Positions 47,861 through 56,855 of a stretch of DNA of 64,000 bases are shown here, piece after piece. Both the position numbers and the translations under genes were made by a program. The notes below the pieces were generated by a model, which saw nothing but the letters and a program-made list of their open reading frames with translations, ran no database searches and was not told the origin of the DNA. Source of the DNA: a phage. Each line of letters starts with the position of its first letter. Within the stretch, counting starts at the first letter, position 1. Where the stretch lies: the sequence record PZ445451.1. One strand, given 5' to 3'.

Positions 47861-48835
47861 TTAAAGACTTTCAATAACTTGACGACGCAGTTCATTGGCA
47901 TCTGCAAGATTATAATTAAGACGAACGTGTTCTGCAAGCATCATACCACGATCTTCTGTGTATCTAGGGTTCCTCATTAGCTTGACAACTTCATAATGCC
48001 AAGATGCTTTAGAGTCTGCATAGATAACAGCCTTTGCATCTACCGGATTGAAGTACGGCAGCACAGGAGAACAGATAATAGGAAGACCCTTTGCACCTGC
48101 TTCCAAAATCTTCAAATTGCTTTTACAGTTGTTGAAGTCATTATCTACCAGAGGAGCAATTGCAATACTGTGACCGTCATACACAGACATATACTCACCT
48201 AAATTTTTAATAGCTGGTTTATACTGTGCATTTGGAATTTTACGTTTTATTTTAACCCACTCCGCAGTAGTTAGATACTGACTGTTATTTCCAACAGGTG
48301 CAGAAGGATACACTTCATACCCTGCAATTGTCAATAGTGTATCATCAAATGTATTAGCTACAAGAGATAAATCAGGTTCATGGCTTGCTCCTCCAGCCCA
48401 AACAATAGGCGTGTCAGAATAACGGTCTTTTGTTAAAGTAAATTGACCTTCGTCGTAAGGCAGTGCGTTTCTAATAACGACAACATTACGATTTAAATGA
48501 CGAATTTTGTAAGCTAGGTATTCTGTTGTTACTGTAACAACATCTGCTAACTTAACCATCTCTACAATAGTTTTTGAGTGATTAGTAAATACGCCAGCCA
48601 TATAATGTTCAGGATTAAGCGAATAAAAATCATCTAAATCAACAATAATCTTAACACCTTGTGCCTTCAGGCGTTTAACTTCGTCTGATCCACGAGAATA
48701 CACTCTATTAAAAACTAAAACGTCTTTCTTAGGCTTAAACGTATTTCCCGCAAATGGCATTACAATACGATGGTAATCACAACCACTGCCTAACTTATTA
48801 TCACACTTAAGTACAGGAGTATTAGGATTTACCAT
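47861..48835 (-). CDS. Glycosyltransferase-like protein (GT-B-like), paralog B
   Basis: Shares CD(Y/F)HRI, APLV(D/N)N.FNN.KSNLKILEAGAKGLP and other blocks with paralog A; start set at the internal Met (MVNPNTPVLKCD) that aligns with the paralog and avoids overlap. Confidence 0.5.
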   Translation of the reverse strand: MVNPNTPVLKCDNKLGSGCDYHRIVMPFAGNTFKPKKDVLVFNRVYSRGSDEVKRLKAQGVKIIVDLDDFYSLNPEHYMAGVFTNHSKTIVEMVKLADVVTVTTEYLAYKIRHLNRNVVVIRNALPYDEGQFTLTKDRYSDTPIVWAGGASHEPDLSLVANTFDDTLLTIAGYEVYPSAPVGNNSQYLTTAEWVKIKRKIPNAQYKPAIKNLGEYMSVYDGHSIAIAPLVDNDFNNCKSNLKILEAGAKGLPIICSPVLPYFNPVDAKAVIYADSKASWHYEVVKLMRNPRYTEDRGMMLAEHVRLNYNLADANELRRQVIESL

Positions 48836-49508
48836 ATTTTTGAGCCTCCTCATAAGAGATAAAAGTTTTACCATTGCGAAGATCCTCCAGTGATTGTTTA
48901 TATTGTTCCCAGTTTACACCAATCCCCTGTTCTTTCTCTTCTTTTGACAGATTCGCAAAAGGTAAAGGATTATCTCCAAACACATCGTCAGGATGGATAA
49001 ACGCCATAATTCGAATAGGACATGGTACACCGAGAATGCCTCGGTTCAAACCTGCCAGTGGAACGCGCTGAATCCACTCTGCATCTTCATATCCATAACC
49101 GTGGGTGTATGAGCGGAAATAGCCAGCTTTCTCAATAACTGCACGGGAATACATACCAAACTGGCACATACCTAGTTCCCAAATAACCACCTCCCCTTCA
49201 ATACCTTTTACTTTATCTTTAAAGTATTCAGGCATACCAAAGAAATCCCAACCATTTTCCTTTGCCTGTTTTACAAAATATGTTTCCCACCCTGGAACAA
49301 CAGGGTAGCAATCATCATCAAAAATAAACCAGTAGTCATACCCTTCATCATAAAACTTTTTCATCAGTTCATTACGGGCATATGCAACACCTTTTCGTTC
49401 ACGATCATACTGTACAACAAAAGTAGCATTAGGATCAGTCACAAGATAATCTTTAAGAGGACGCTTACCTACAGTAATAACACCAACACCAATTTTTGTA
49501 TTTTCCAA
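48822..49508 (-). CDS. Glycosyltransferase family 2-like protein (GT-A fold)
   Basis: 228 aa; DxD motif in FIFDDDCYP; YGYEDAEW block typical of GT2 enzymes. Confidence 0.5.
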   Translation of the reverse strand: MENTKIGVGVITVGKRPLKDYLVTDPNATFVVQYDRERKGVAYARNELMKKFYDEGYDYWFIFDDDCYPVVPGWETYFVKQAKENGWDFFGMPEYFKDKVKGIEGEVVIWELGMCQFGMYSRAVIEKAGYFRSYTHGYGYEDAEWIQRVPLAGLNRGILGVPCPIRIMAFIHPDDVFGDNPLPFANLSKEEKEQGIGVNWEQYKQSLEDLRNGKTFISYEEAQKYGKS

Positions 49509-49517
49509 AATAACTCC

Positions 49518-50081
49518 TTAAATAATTTTATTCATGTCTTGACAATGTAAAAGGTGTGAAACAGCTTTTCTAGGATCATCATTACCTAAACGGTAGGTGT
49601 GAAATAAATATAACCCACGTAATAAACCTAGCCTTTTGTTGTTAGCATGTAATGCTTTAGAGAAAATTATATCAAACTGTATTGACCTTTCCTCAAAAGG
49701 GATTTCATTCCACAGACTCTTACGAAAGAGAAGAAAGAATCCTGCTAAGATAGCATCTGTAGGTACTTCCTCTATTGAGTTTCCCCATTCTAGATGTGCT
49801 CTTTTTGCAATCTCAATGTGGTGTAATATATTCGGATCTTCACTTCTTTCATTATTAAATAATTGATATGTTGATCCCAATCTGTTACAAGATGCACCAA
49901 GAACATCAAAATCAGGATTTGAACGGACAATTGATTCCAGCCAAGCAGGTTGTTCTGGAAGAAGAAACATTGTATCAATGTCTCTTAGGCAAATCCAACT
50001 ATCTTCTGGTAAGACACTTATTGTGTCATTGATACCTTTTCCAATATCTCCAGAAAGATAGGGAGTTATGTGAAATATCAT
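49518..50081 (-). CDS. Hypothetical protein, possibly GT-A-like
   Basis: 187 aa; ICLRDIDTMF DxD-like motif; adjacent to three glycosyltransferase-like genes. Confidence 0.35.
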   Translation of the reverse strand: MIFHITPYLSGDIGKGINDTISVLPEDSWICLRDIDTMFLLPEQPAWLESIVRSNPDFDVLGASCNRLGSTYQLFNNERSEDPNILHHIEIAKRAHLEWGNSIEEVPTDAILAGFFLLFRKSLWNEIPFEERSIQFDIIFSKALHANNKRLGLLRGLYLFHTYRLGNDDPRKAVSHLLHCQDMNKII

Positions 50082-50138
50082 ACTCCCTCCGTATTATTAC
50101 TTTAGCATTTTTAGACTAAAAAGTCAAAATGGTTTTAC

Positions 50139-50333
50139 CTATTGATTACGTTTTGCGAGTTCCATTTGGATAGCTAAACTGTGATCTCGTGCTTCCATAT
50201 ACTCTTTATATGTTTCATTAAGATGATCACGACAAACATCACGCAGTTTAATCAGTTTATCTGTAGGGATACCACTAAGATCATCCCAAGATTTTACAAC
50301 TTCACCAGTATCATTGATCCCAATGGTTTTCAT
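50139..50333 (-). CDS. Hypothetical small protein
   Basis: 64 aa ORF in the - strand gene array. Confidence 0.3.
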   Translation of the reverse strand: MKTIGINDTGEVVKSWDDLSGIPTDKLIKLRDVCRDHLNETYKEYMEARDHSLAIQMELAKRNQ

Positions 50334-50589
50334 CTACAACCTCCTTAATTGCTACAGCACAGTTTTTGCAGATACACTGCCCTTTACCTTTAGAAATCTG
50401 GATGTAAGGTTCATTTTCATTTTCGCCCTTACGTGAGTCATATATTACAGAATTGAAGCACACAACGCAAATATTTTTTAAGATTGTATACTTATCAACT
50501 TTCTTTTTTGTTTTAAAGTTAACTTCAATAACATCAGCCATCAGTGTAACACTCCCAGTATATTGCTTTGTGACATAACCATAGAACAT
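50311..50589 (-). CDS. Hypothetical Zn-ribbon protein
   Basis: 92 aa with CVVC...CICKNC cysteine pairs. Confidence 0.35.
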   Translation of the reverse strand: MFYGYVTKQYTGSVTLMADVIEVNFKTKKKVDKYTILKNICVVCFNSVIYDSRKGENENEPYIQISKGKGQCICKNCAVAIKEVVDENHWDQ

Positions 50590-50819
50590 TCAACATTATC
50601 GTGACTACGTGAAAAACGTTCCCAAACATCTTCATCGACTCGTAAAGCTATACAAGGATAGACGTTATCATTGATCATTTCAATTGAATAAACATCCACA
50701 TTGTCTTCGTCTTCGATGAACATCATTGCAAACTGTTCTAAATGTTTCCTAATGTAATGTACATCCTCTTCTGTAAGACCAATAACAAGATAACTTGCAA
50801 CGATAACGCCATCTTTCAT
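50541..50819 (-). CDS. Hypothetical protein
   Basis: 92 aa ORF; 5' region overlaps the upstream gene. Confidence 0.3.
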   Translation of the reverse strand: MKDGVIVASYLVIGLTEEDVHYIRKHLEQFAMMFIEDEDNVDVYSIEMINDNVYPCIALRVDEDVWERFSRSHDNVECSMVMSQSNILGVLH

Positions 50820-50829
50820 CTATATCTCC

Positions 50830-51339
50830 TTAGCGATAGAATTGATGTTCTTTGTAGCGGTACACTAGAACCATATCTTTTTCCCAGTGTGCTCTTATTG
50901 TAGATTTTTTAAAGTATAATGCTCCTTTTGTAATATCTAATGCAATTCGTAATTCTGGAAAATGCGTATCGAGATAAAGTAGACGTTCTGCTATAGCCTT
51001 AGCTTCCTTCCACTTATCACGTTCCATAACGTTGAATGTCTTTGTGTAAGAGAATTGTCCTTTTTGAAACAAAACTTCTTTTATAGTATCAGGGAAATAT
51101 GAATCTCTAGCCCTATTCAATACTACATTACCAACAGCAGACATACCGCGCTTTCCTTGATTACGACTTTCTGCATAGATTGCACAAGCTAATAGATTTT
51201 CTTTACTATCACGCTTTGTACACTTGTGAACTACTTTAGCAGTTTTTACGTTTGCAGCTTCGGCTTGCGCCACAACAGGTGTAAATGTAAAAGCAGTTAA
51301 GGATAGTAACGCAATTGCGACAAAGGTTTTTATTGACAA
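50830..51339 (-). CDS. Cell-wall hydrolase, SleB/CwlJ-like (putative endolysin) with N-terminal signal peptide
   Basis: 169 aa; signal-like N-terminus MSIKTFVAIALLSLTAFTFTPVVAQA; core CAIYAESRNQGKRGMSAVGNVVLNR resembles the SleB-family hydrolase domain. Confidence 0.55.
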   Translation of the reverse strand: MSIKTFVAIALLSLTAFTFTPVVAQAEAANVKTAKVVHKCTKRDSKENLLACAIYAESRNQGKRGMSAVGNVVLNRARDSYFPDTIKEVLFQKGQFSYTKTFNVMERDKWKEAKAIAERLLYLDTHFPELRIALDITKGALYFKKSTIRAHWEKDMVLVYRYKEHQFYR

Positions 51340-51431
51340 ACTTGCCTCCTATTTTGTTAAACGAACTTTTATTGTAACACAGAAGAGGCTGTTTTGCAAG
51401 TGGAGGGGGATTATCCCCCTCTTAGACTCTG

Positions 51432-52034
51432 TTAGATATTGTAAACCTTTGTATGAGTTACTACACCATCTTCTACAAAATCAATACGTTCTTGATCCGT
51501 AACTAGTGCAGACAACACTTTAAATTTAATTTTTACACGTTCAAAAGCTGGTTGACCATCTTTAAGATAATTATGTTCGGTTGTCACTGTCTTGTTTACA
51601 AAATCAACTTTCGCTTTACCGTTTTCGCGCAAGTGGAATGTTTTTCCTGCTTTATACACAATTTCAACATTACCTTCGAGAGTAATTCCTTCAAAAAGTT
51701 CACCCTCTTCTTCATTTTCTTCACTTTTGAACAGACGACGAAACTCTTCCATATCAAGATAAACAACATCTTCAGAACAACTATCAGTAAGGTATGTCTT
51801 ACCATCCATTAACCCGAAATATTGCCAGATCGCAGAATAAACATCACTAGTTGATCCAAGGGTTTCCCTGAGTTTAGTTCCACGGATTACCTCATAAACT
51901 TCAAAACTGAAACCAGACTGCAAAGCATTAAACAGTACATCACTAACTTCTAAAGCATAATCTTCATTGTTGTCAATATCCACAAGAAAATTGCCGCTAC
52001 GAATAAGTTTTTGACCTTCTAAAGTAATACCCAT
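51432..52034 (-). CDS. Hypothetical protein
   Basis: 200 aa acidic ORF; GC-rich hairpin downstream. Confidence 0.4.
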   Translation of the reverse strand: MGITLEGQKLIRSGNFLVDIDNNEDYALEVSDVLFNALQSGFSFEVYEVIRGTKLRETLGSTSDVYSAIWQYFGLMDGKTYLTDSCSEDVVYLDMEEFRRLFKSEENEEEGELFEGITLEGNVEIVYKAGKTFHLRENGKAKVDFVNKTVTTEHNYLKDGQPAFERVKIKFKVLSALVTDQERIDFVEDGVVTHTKVYNI

Positions 52035-52057
52035 TGTTTTCTCCTCTTCTATTTAAA

Positions 52058-52080
52058 ATATGCGCCCCGAAGGGCGCTAT
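52058..52080 (-). terminator. Hairpin terminator downstream of the TerD-like gene
   Basis: gcgccc-cgaa-gggcgc stem-loop. Confidence 0.4.
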
Positions 52081-52086
52081 GATTTA

Positions 52087-52683
52087 TTACTCGAACCAAT
52101 CGTCGCCAGCGCCAAACGCTTTAACTACATCGTAAATGTCAAGCCCAGCTTTACCTACACCATATGCTTTCAGTTTCCATTCACTGTCTTCCCGTACCAG
52201 GGAGGCAACGTGGCAAATGGTGTTACCTGCAAGTTCTGGAGCCAAGAAGTCAAAGTCCAGCAGTTCAACATTACGTTCATCATCGAAGATTTTAAGGAAA
52301 CCTTCGGTAGCGTGACCAAGGCGTTTCTTACCCGTTTCGTCATCAATAGTAATTACGAATGCAATTTCCTGTGCTTCAGCAGAGATATTATCCAGTGTAA
52401 CATCAATCTGCTCCATTTGTCCTACACCGTCACGAACATCTTCACCTGCAAAAGTAGAACGTTCAGGATCAAATTTCTGTGCGTAGCATACCAGGTGGCG
52501 AGGAGACAACAGTTCCGGCAGACCAGATGCATTGTGTCGGCAAATCAGAGCACTAACATCCAGATCCAGTTTTTCGTTAGATTTCCAAGAGAATTCCAGA
52601 CGAATACGTTTCAGTGCTGGTGCGATCTTTTTCAGAGAAACTTTTTCGCTAGAACCTTTTTTCAGGGAAATTTTCTGAGTCAT
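52087..52683 (-). CDS. terD: TerD-family protein (tellurite-resistance / stress-response domain)
   Basis: 198 aa; colinear with bacterial TerD in N-terminal ISLKKG...VSLKK, DLDVSA, hydrophobic IAFVITIDD block and C-terminal EWKLKAYGVGKAGL. Confidence 0.7.
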   Translation of the reverse strand: MTQKISLKKGSSEKVSLKKIAPALKRIRLEFSWKSNEKLDLDVSALICRHNASGLPELLSPRHLVCYAQKFDPERSTFAGEDVRDGVGQMEQIDVTLDNISAEAQEIAFVITIDDETGKKRLGHATEGFLKIFDDERNVELLDFDFLAPELAGNTICHVASLVREDSEWKLKAYGVGKAGLDIYDVVKAFGAGDDWFE

Positions 52684-52755
52684 AATTTATTATCTCCTTT
52701 GTTGTTAATTTACGTTGTCTATTTTACTAATCTTTTCTACAAAGTCAAGCGTTTT

Positions 52756-53550
52756 TTACGCTTTTGCTCCAAATTTTTTAACCCACTCACCAAACTCTTC
52801 GGATAGTAGTTTATCGTAAAGTTCTTCGTCAGACAAGGACAAATCTGCAATACCGATAAAATCAACATTATCATATTCTTTTGCCAAGTCTTTCAGGAAT
52901 TTAAAGTTTGCATTACCTACACCAACCATAAACCAGTAAACAGGTGTATTGCGGTGTTTGTTCAGTAAGCTACGTACTGCTGAAGTATCCATGTTCTCCC
53001 CGTCAGTTTGGAAGAAAATCATTGCAGGAGTACGATCAACTTGTGCATCAGTATCTACAACCTGTTCTACAACAGTACGTGTAACTTCTACAAGTTCTTT
53101 TTTACCAGTTAGTTTAGCAAGGAAACCCTTAGCCGGAACTTCTTCATACTCAACGACTTCGCGTGTAATATTTTTCATAGGTACACTACCGAAGTATGTA
53201 TCATAGATCTCTTGCATTACTGGGGCATAAGCTGTACCACCATTGATGCAAACATTAGACATACAAGAGCCGACATAATCATCATATACATCAGCCGTTG
53301 CAGGAGGCAGTTCAAAAGAAGAACTATTGAAAGCCCACATGTCAATCTGTGCATTATCATCAAACTTCATACCAAACGGCAGCAGCTTACCTACAAAATC
53401 ACTAACAGTGCCATCACGATACAGCTCACACATACTACCCGAAATGTCTAAGGCGCTACCGACACGAAGAACAACATCGTTAATCTTTTTCTTACGCAGA
53501 GATACAGTAAGAGTTTCTTGACGTTTTTTAAGACTGATTTTATTGGACAT
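52756..53550 (-). CDS. vWA-domain protein (TerY/TerF-like)
   Basis: 264 aa; MIDAS motif DISGSM after a hydrophobic strand, later FFQTDGENMD; N-terminus ISLKK...VSL resembles the TerD N-terminus. Confidence 0.55.
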   Translation of the reverse strand: MSNKISLKKRQETLTVSLRKKKINDVVLRVGSALDISGSMCELYRDGTVSDFVGKLLPFGMKFDDNAQIDMWAFNSSSFELPPATADVYDDYVGSCMSNVCINGGTAYAPVMQEIYDTYFGSVPMKNITREVVEYEEVPAKGFLAKLTGKKELVEVTRTVVEQVVDTDAQVDRTPAMIFFQTDGENMDTSAVRSLLNKHRNTPVYWFMVGVGNANFKFLKDLAKEYDNVDFIGIADLSLSDEELYDKLLSEEFGEWVKKFGAKA

Positions 53551-53551
53551 A

Positions 53552-53821
53552 TTATTTCTCCTTTCTGAGTGTAATGTTAGTAACTTCTAAATCCACTTCT
53601 ACCATTTCTGTATCATATGAAATACAGCTAAGTTGACCTCTTTGTGAACCGTTCAGACACATCGCTTGGTTTGTATTAACCTTAATAAACACTAAGTTTC
53701 TGAACGTATCTAAACCAGAATCTTGATAGGCAACATAATATACAAATGTATCACCTGCGTCAAGTTCTCCAAAACATTTAGGTTCATCTGATTTGTCGTC
53801 TTTGATATTAAATTTAAGCAC
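53552..53821 (-). CDS. Hypothetical protein
   Basis: 89 aa ORF coupled to its neighbours. Confidence 0.3.
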   Translation of the reverse strand: MLKFNIKDDKSDEPKCFGELDAGDTFVYYVAYQDSGLDTFRNLVFIKVNTNQAMCLNGSQRGQLSCISYDTEMVEVDLEVTNITLRKEK

Positions 53822-54377
53822 TATCTCCTCCTTTACCTACTTTCCAACCTAAATAGAAAGCCTCTCTGGTGATTTTTTGCAACTCGTTTAAAGAGATAGT
53901 TACAACTAAATCATCTTCAATTTCTAGCTTTGAGTCTTCTTCTGTCTCAATGCAAGTATTATGCACTTTGTGGTAAGGATTGTCAACACGTTTAAATTTA
54001 TTATTTTCAGTGCTGAAGAAGCAATCTGGATCTTCTTCTCCATCACCCCAACCCTGGTTAGGGTCTTCTTCAGATCTTTCTGTTGGGATTTCACCTGTAA
54101 AGTGCTCTTCTAACACCATAGCAATACCATCCCCAAGATCGGAAGAGAACATCAAATTACAAACTTCTTCCCAAGGCATAGACCACTTGAATCTTTTACG
54201 ATTGCCATGTTTATCTTCTTCGTTAGAGAAAACACTACCATAGCTATCATAATTGCCATACATCTCTTCAACAACTTTACCACCTTTCAAAAGAAATAGG
54301 TAGCAAGGAGAGCCATCGAAAGAGGTAGAAAGAGCAGCATTACCAGACTCTTTGCACAAGAAACTAAAACATCCCAT
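53814..54377 (-). CDS. Hypothetical acidic protein with a C-terminal motif shared with the next gene
   Basis: 187 aa; C-terminal ISLNELQKITREAFYLGWKVGKGG resembles the N-terminal HLTREELQTIMEDAFIDGWKQGQE of ORF 54377..54577. Confidence 0.35.
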   Translation of the reverse strand: MGCFSFLCKESGNAALSTSFDGSPCYLFLLKGGKVVEEMYGNYDSYGSVFSNEEDKHGNRKRFKWSMPWEEVCNLMFSSDLGDGIAMVLEEHFTGEIPTERSEEDPNQGWGDGEEDPDCFFSTENNKFKRVDNPYHKVHNTCIETEEDSKLEIEDDLVVTISLNELQKITREAFYLGWKVGKGGDSA

Positions 54378-54577
54378 TATACACCAGCCTTAAGATCAAT
54401 TATAGCCAAAGTTGTTTCAGAGTGTGTTTGCTCGTCTACAGGTGCAGTCATATGATAATACAAAAAATCTTCAACATCATACCAATCTGACTCTTGACCT
54501 TGTTTCCAACCATCAATGAAAGCATCTTCCATAATGGTTTGTAACTCTTCACGAGTTAAGTGAATATCTTTACTCAT
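54377..54577 (-). CDS. Hypothetical small protein
   Basis: 66 aa; shares the L..ELQ.I...AF..GWK.G motif with the downstream gene. Confidence 0.3.
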   Translation of the reverse strand: MSKDIHLTREELQTIMEDAFIDGWKQGQESDWYDVEDFLYYHMTAPVDEQTHSETTLAIIDLKAGV

Positions 54578-54810
54578 TACACATTCTCCTCTTTTACCAA
54601 TTCCATCGTTGAACTATCAAAACCATCTTTAGAAGAATAGGTATAGACAGAACGTAGTTCTCGCAGGACAGTAAATACATTAGGATCATCTAACCAAGCA
54701 TCCTGGAGGAGAACATAACGATCTTCATTGTCGTACTGGACAGCGATCATAGAACCAGACAGTTTGTAAATTTTAATATTCATAATATATTTCTCCTTAA
54801 AGTAGACCAC
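54577..54810 (-). CDS. Hypothetical small protein
   Basis: 77 aa ORF. Confidence 0.3.
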   Translation of the reverse strand: MVYFKEKYIMNIKIYKLSGSMIAVQYDNEDRYVLLQDAWLDDPNVFTVLRELRSVYTYSSKDGFDSSTMELVKEENV

Positions 54811-55900
54811 GTTTAACAGTTTGAATCATACCATCTTCAAGAGATTGCACTTCTTGAATGTAATCAATACGAGCAGCACGGGCTTCAGTGTTGATTCGGT
54901 TAGTTTCTTCCAACATTTTAACTAAGTTTTCTTGATCACGACGTAATGTTTCAATATCCAATACTTGACGATTAGCAAGTTGTGTAGCTTCAATCTGGTT
55001 TTGTGCAGCCAGATCACTACCCATTGCAATAGCAGCATTAAATTCATTCAGTACGTTGTTCTGTGTATCGGCTGCTTTCTTCTGGCGTAGACTTTCAATA
55101 TACATAGAAAAGTTTGCAGAGTAAGCAGGGATAACGTTATTCACAATATTACGGGCTGATCGCATCAAACTTGCAGATACTTTCTGCATACTTTGTACAC
55201 GTGGCCCCATCTGAACACAGAGTAAACGTAAGGCTTTCAGGTCTGCAATACGAATTTCAAGCAGATCCATAGTATCACGAGTACGTTTACGCTCTTCTAC
55301 TTCATTTTCAGGTAGTGTATTAAGGCGAACTTCTTCTTTTTCATAAGTAGCTGTTAGAAGCTCTATATCCCTGTTTAAGCTAAGAGCATATTTTGCAATA
55401 GCCTCTTCTAAACGTTGCAGATATCGTAAAGAATCTTCTTCTTTTTTCAAGTCTGTTTGGAGTATCTTTACCAAACCTTCAATACGGTTATTGATGGTGT
55501 CAAATTCTCCAAACAAATCTTCTTTCATACCTAAAACTTTCTTAACTAGTTTACCTAAACCTTTAGATTGTTTAATAGAGTTAGGATCAAGTTGCTTTGC
55601 TTGCTTAATAAGTGCAGTTAAACGTTCACTCATTTCATCTCCCTGAGATGAACGCTGGTGTTTAAGCACTTCAGCATTAAGGTTACGAAGAGTAAGTCCT
55701 GCATCAGCACCAACCTGTTCAATCTCTTCACGAGACATTGGAGGCAGCATTTGTACAGGGCGTGCAACAGCAGGGGCATATACAGGACTTGCATCCATAG
55801 CACTTGGAGCAAACAAAGACTTACTTTTTTCTGTTGTTGCCGTGAATACACTCATTTCAGACGGTTTGCTTTTTACGGCACTGATAAAAGGACTGGACAT
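54797..55900 (-). CDS. TelA-like (toxic anion resistance family) protein, putative
   Basis: 367 aa largely alpha-helical/coiled-coil protein of TelA-like size and composition, within a TerD/TerC neighbourhood; assignment by eye only. Confidence 0.4.
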   Translation of the reverse strand: MSSPFISAVKSKPSEMSVFTATTEKSKSLFAPSAMDASPVYAPAVARPVQMLPPMSREEIEQVGADAGLTLRNLNAEVLKHQRSSQGDEMSERLTALIKQAKQLDPNSIKQSKGLGKLVKKVLGMKEDLFGEFDTINNRIEGLVKILQTDLKKEEDSLRYLQRLEEAIAKYALSLNRDIELLTATYEKEEVRLNTLPENEVEERKRTRDTMDLLEIRIADLKALRLLCVQMGPRVQSMQKVSASLMRSARNIVNNVIPAYSANFSMYIESLRQKKAADTQNNVLNEFNAAIAMGSDLAAQNQIEATQLANRQVLDIETLRRDQENLVKMLEETNRINTEARAARIDYIQEVQSLEDGMIQTVKRGLL

Positions 55901-55968
55901 TCAATTTCCTCCATATTCTTTAGTAGATGGTGATACCTCTGTACCACCATCATAACACAAATTAAGTA

Positions 55969-56820
55969 TTAAACAAACATATCTAAATAATTTGTAGTAA
56001 TAAATGCTCCATCTGCTTCCAGATTAACATAACCAGTAGCATTAGTGGTTAAGAAATCCAGATCGAAGGACTCTTTAACACCACGTACCTCAACACGAGA
56101 AATATCGAATACAGGTAGTGTAACAGCCTCTTCGTGCAATACCGTACCTTTGTAGGTTGCCTTAATGATAAACTTGATATTACCCGTTCCCGCATCATAC
56201 AAAACACTTTCAAAGCCTTTGAGAGTATACTTATCACCAGAGGTGAAGTGCAAAGTTGCTTTGTTTACAGTACGTTTTTTACGAGGAGTTCCTTTCACAC
56301 GTTTATGATCACTACGTTTTTTGTATTTAGGAATGAATACAAACGATACACTCTCAAGAAAGGTATCAACATCAAGGATTTTAATATCCTCTGTTGCAGC
56401 AAATTTTGAAGTCGTTGCATCAAAATGCTTTTCCCTGCGATCATACATAAAGATATCAAAACGATCTTCTAAATCAAACAAATTATGTATCTTAATTTCA
56501 GAATGTTTGCACATTGCAGCAACCTTAAACTCTTCAAAACGTGGGTGTTCTACAAGCTCTTCAAGTTTTACACCAAAGACAGTATATTGCTTCGAAGTCT
56601 TTTCTGGTGTTGGCATTACAGAAGCATAGTCCCCGATTGCGCTCTTAAAGCAAAATTGCTCTTGACCTGTATTTTTACCAACGAATTTACAGTATTCGTC
56701 ATCGTGCATACTTTCTTTGGTAGTACCAACAAACTCAAAACCATCTTTATTCTTCTCAAGAATTTCTTGATTAAAGATCCAACCTTCCAGGCGATACACT
56801 TTACCAACTTCTAGTTTCAT
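55969..56820 (-). CDS. Hypothetical protein
   Basis: 283 aa ORF within the Ter-like gene neighbourhood. Confidence 0.4.
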   Translation of the reverse strand: MKLEVGKVYRLEGWIFNQEILEKNKDGFEFVGTTKESMHDDEYCKFVGKNTGQEQFCFKSAIGDYASVMPTPEKTSKQYTVFGVKLEELVEHPRFEEFKVAAMCKHSEIKIHNLFDLEDRFDIFMYDRREKHFDATTSKFAATEDIKILDVDTFLESVSFVFIPKYKKRSDHKRVKGTPRKKRTVNKATLHFTSGDKYTLKGFESVLYDAGTGNIKFIIKATYKGTVLHEEAVTLPVFDISRVEVRGVKESFDLDFLTTNATGYVNLEADGAFITTNYLDMFV

Positions 56821-56855
56821 CTGTTTCTCCTTCTTATTTAATCTGTATTAAATTA

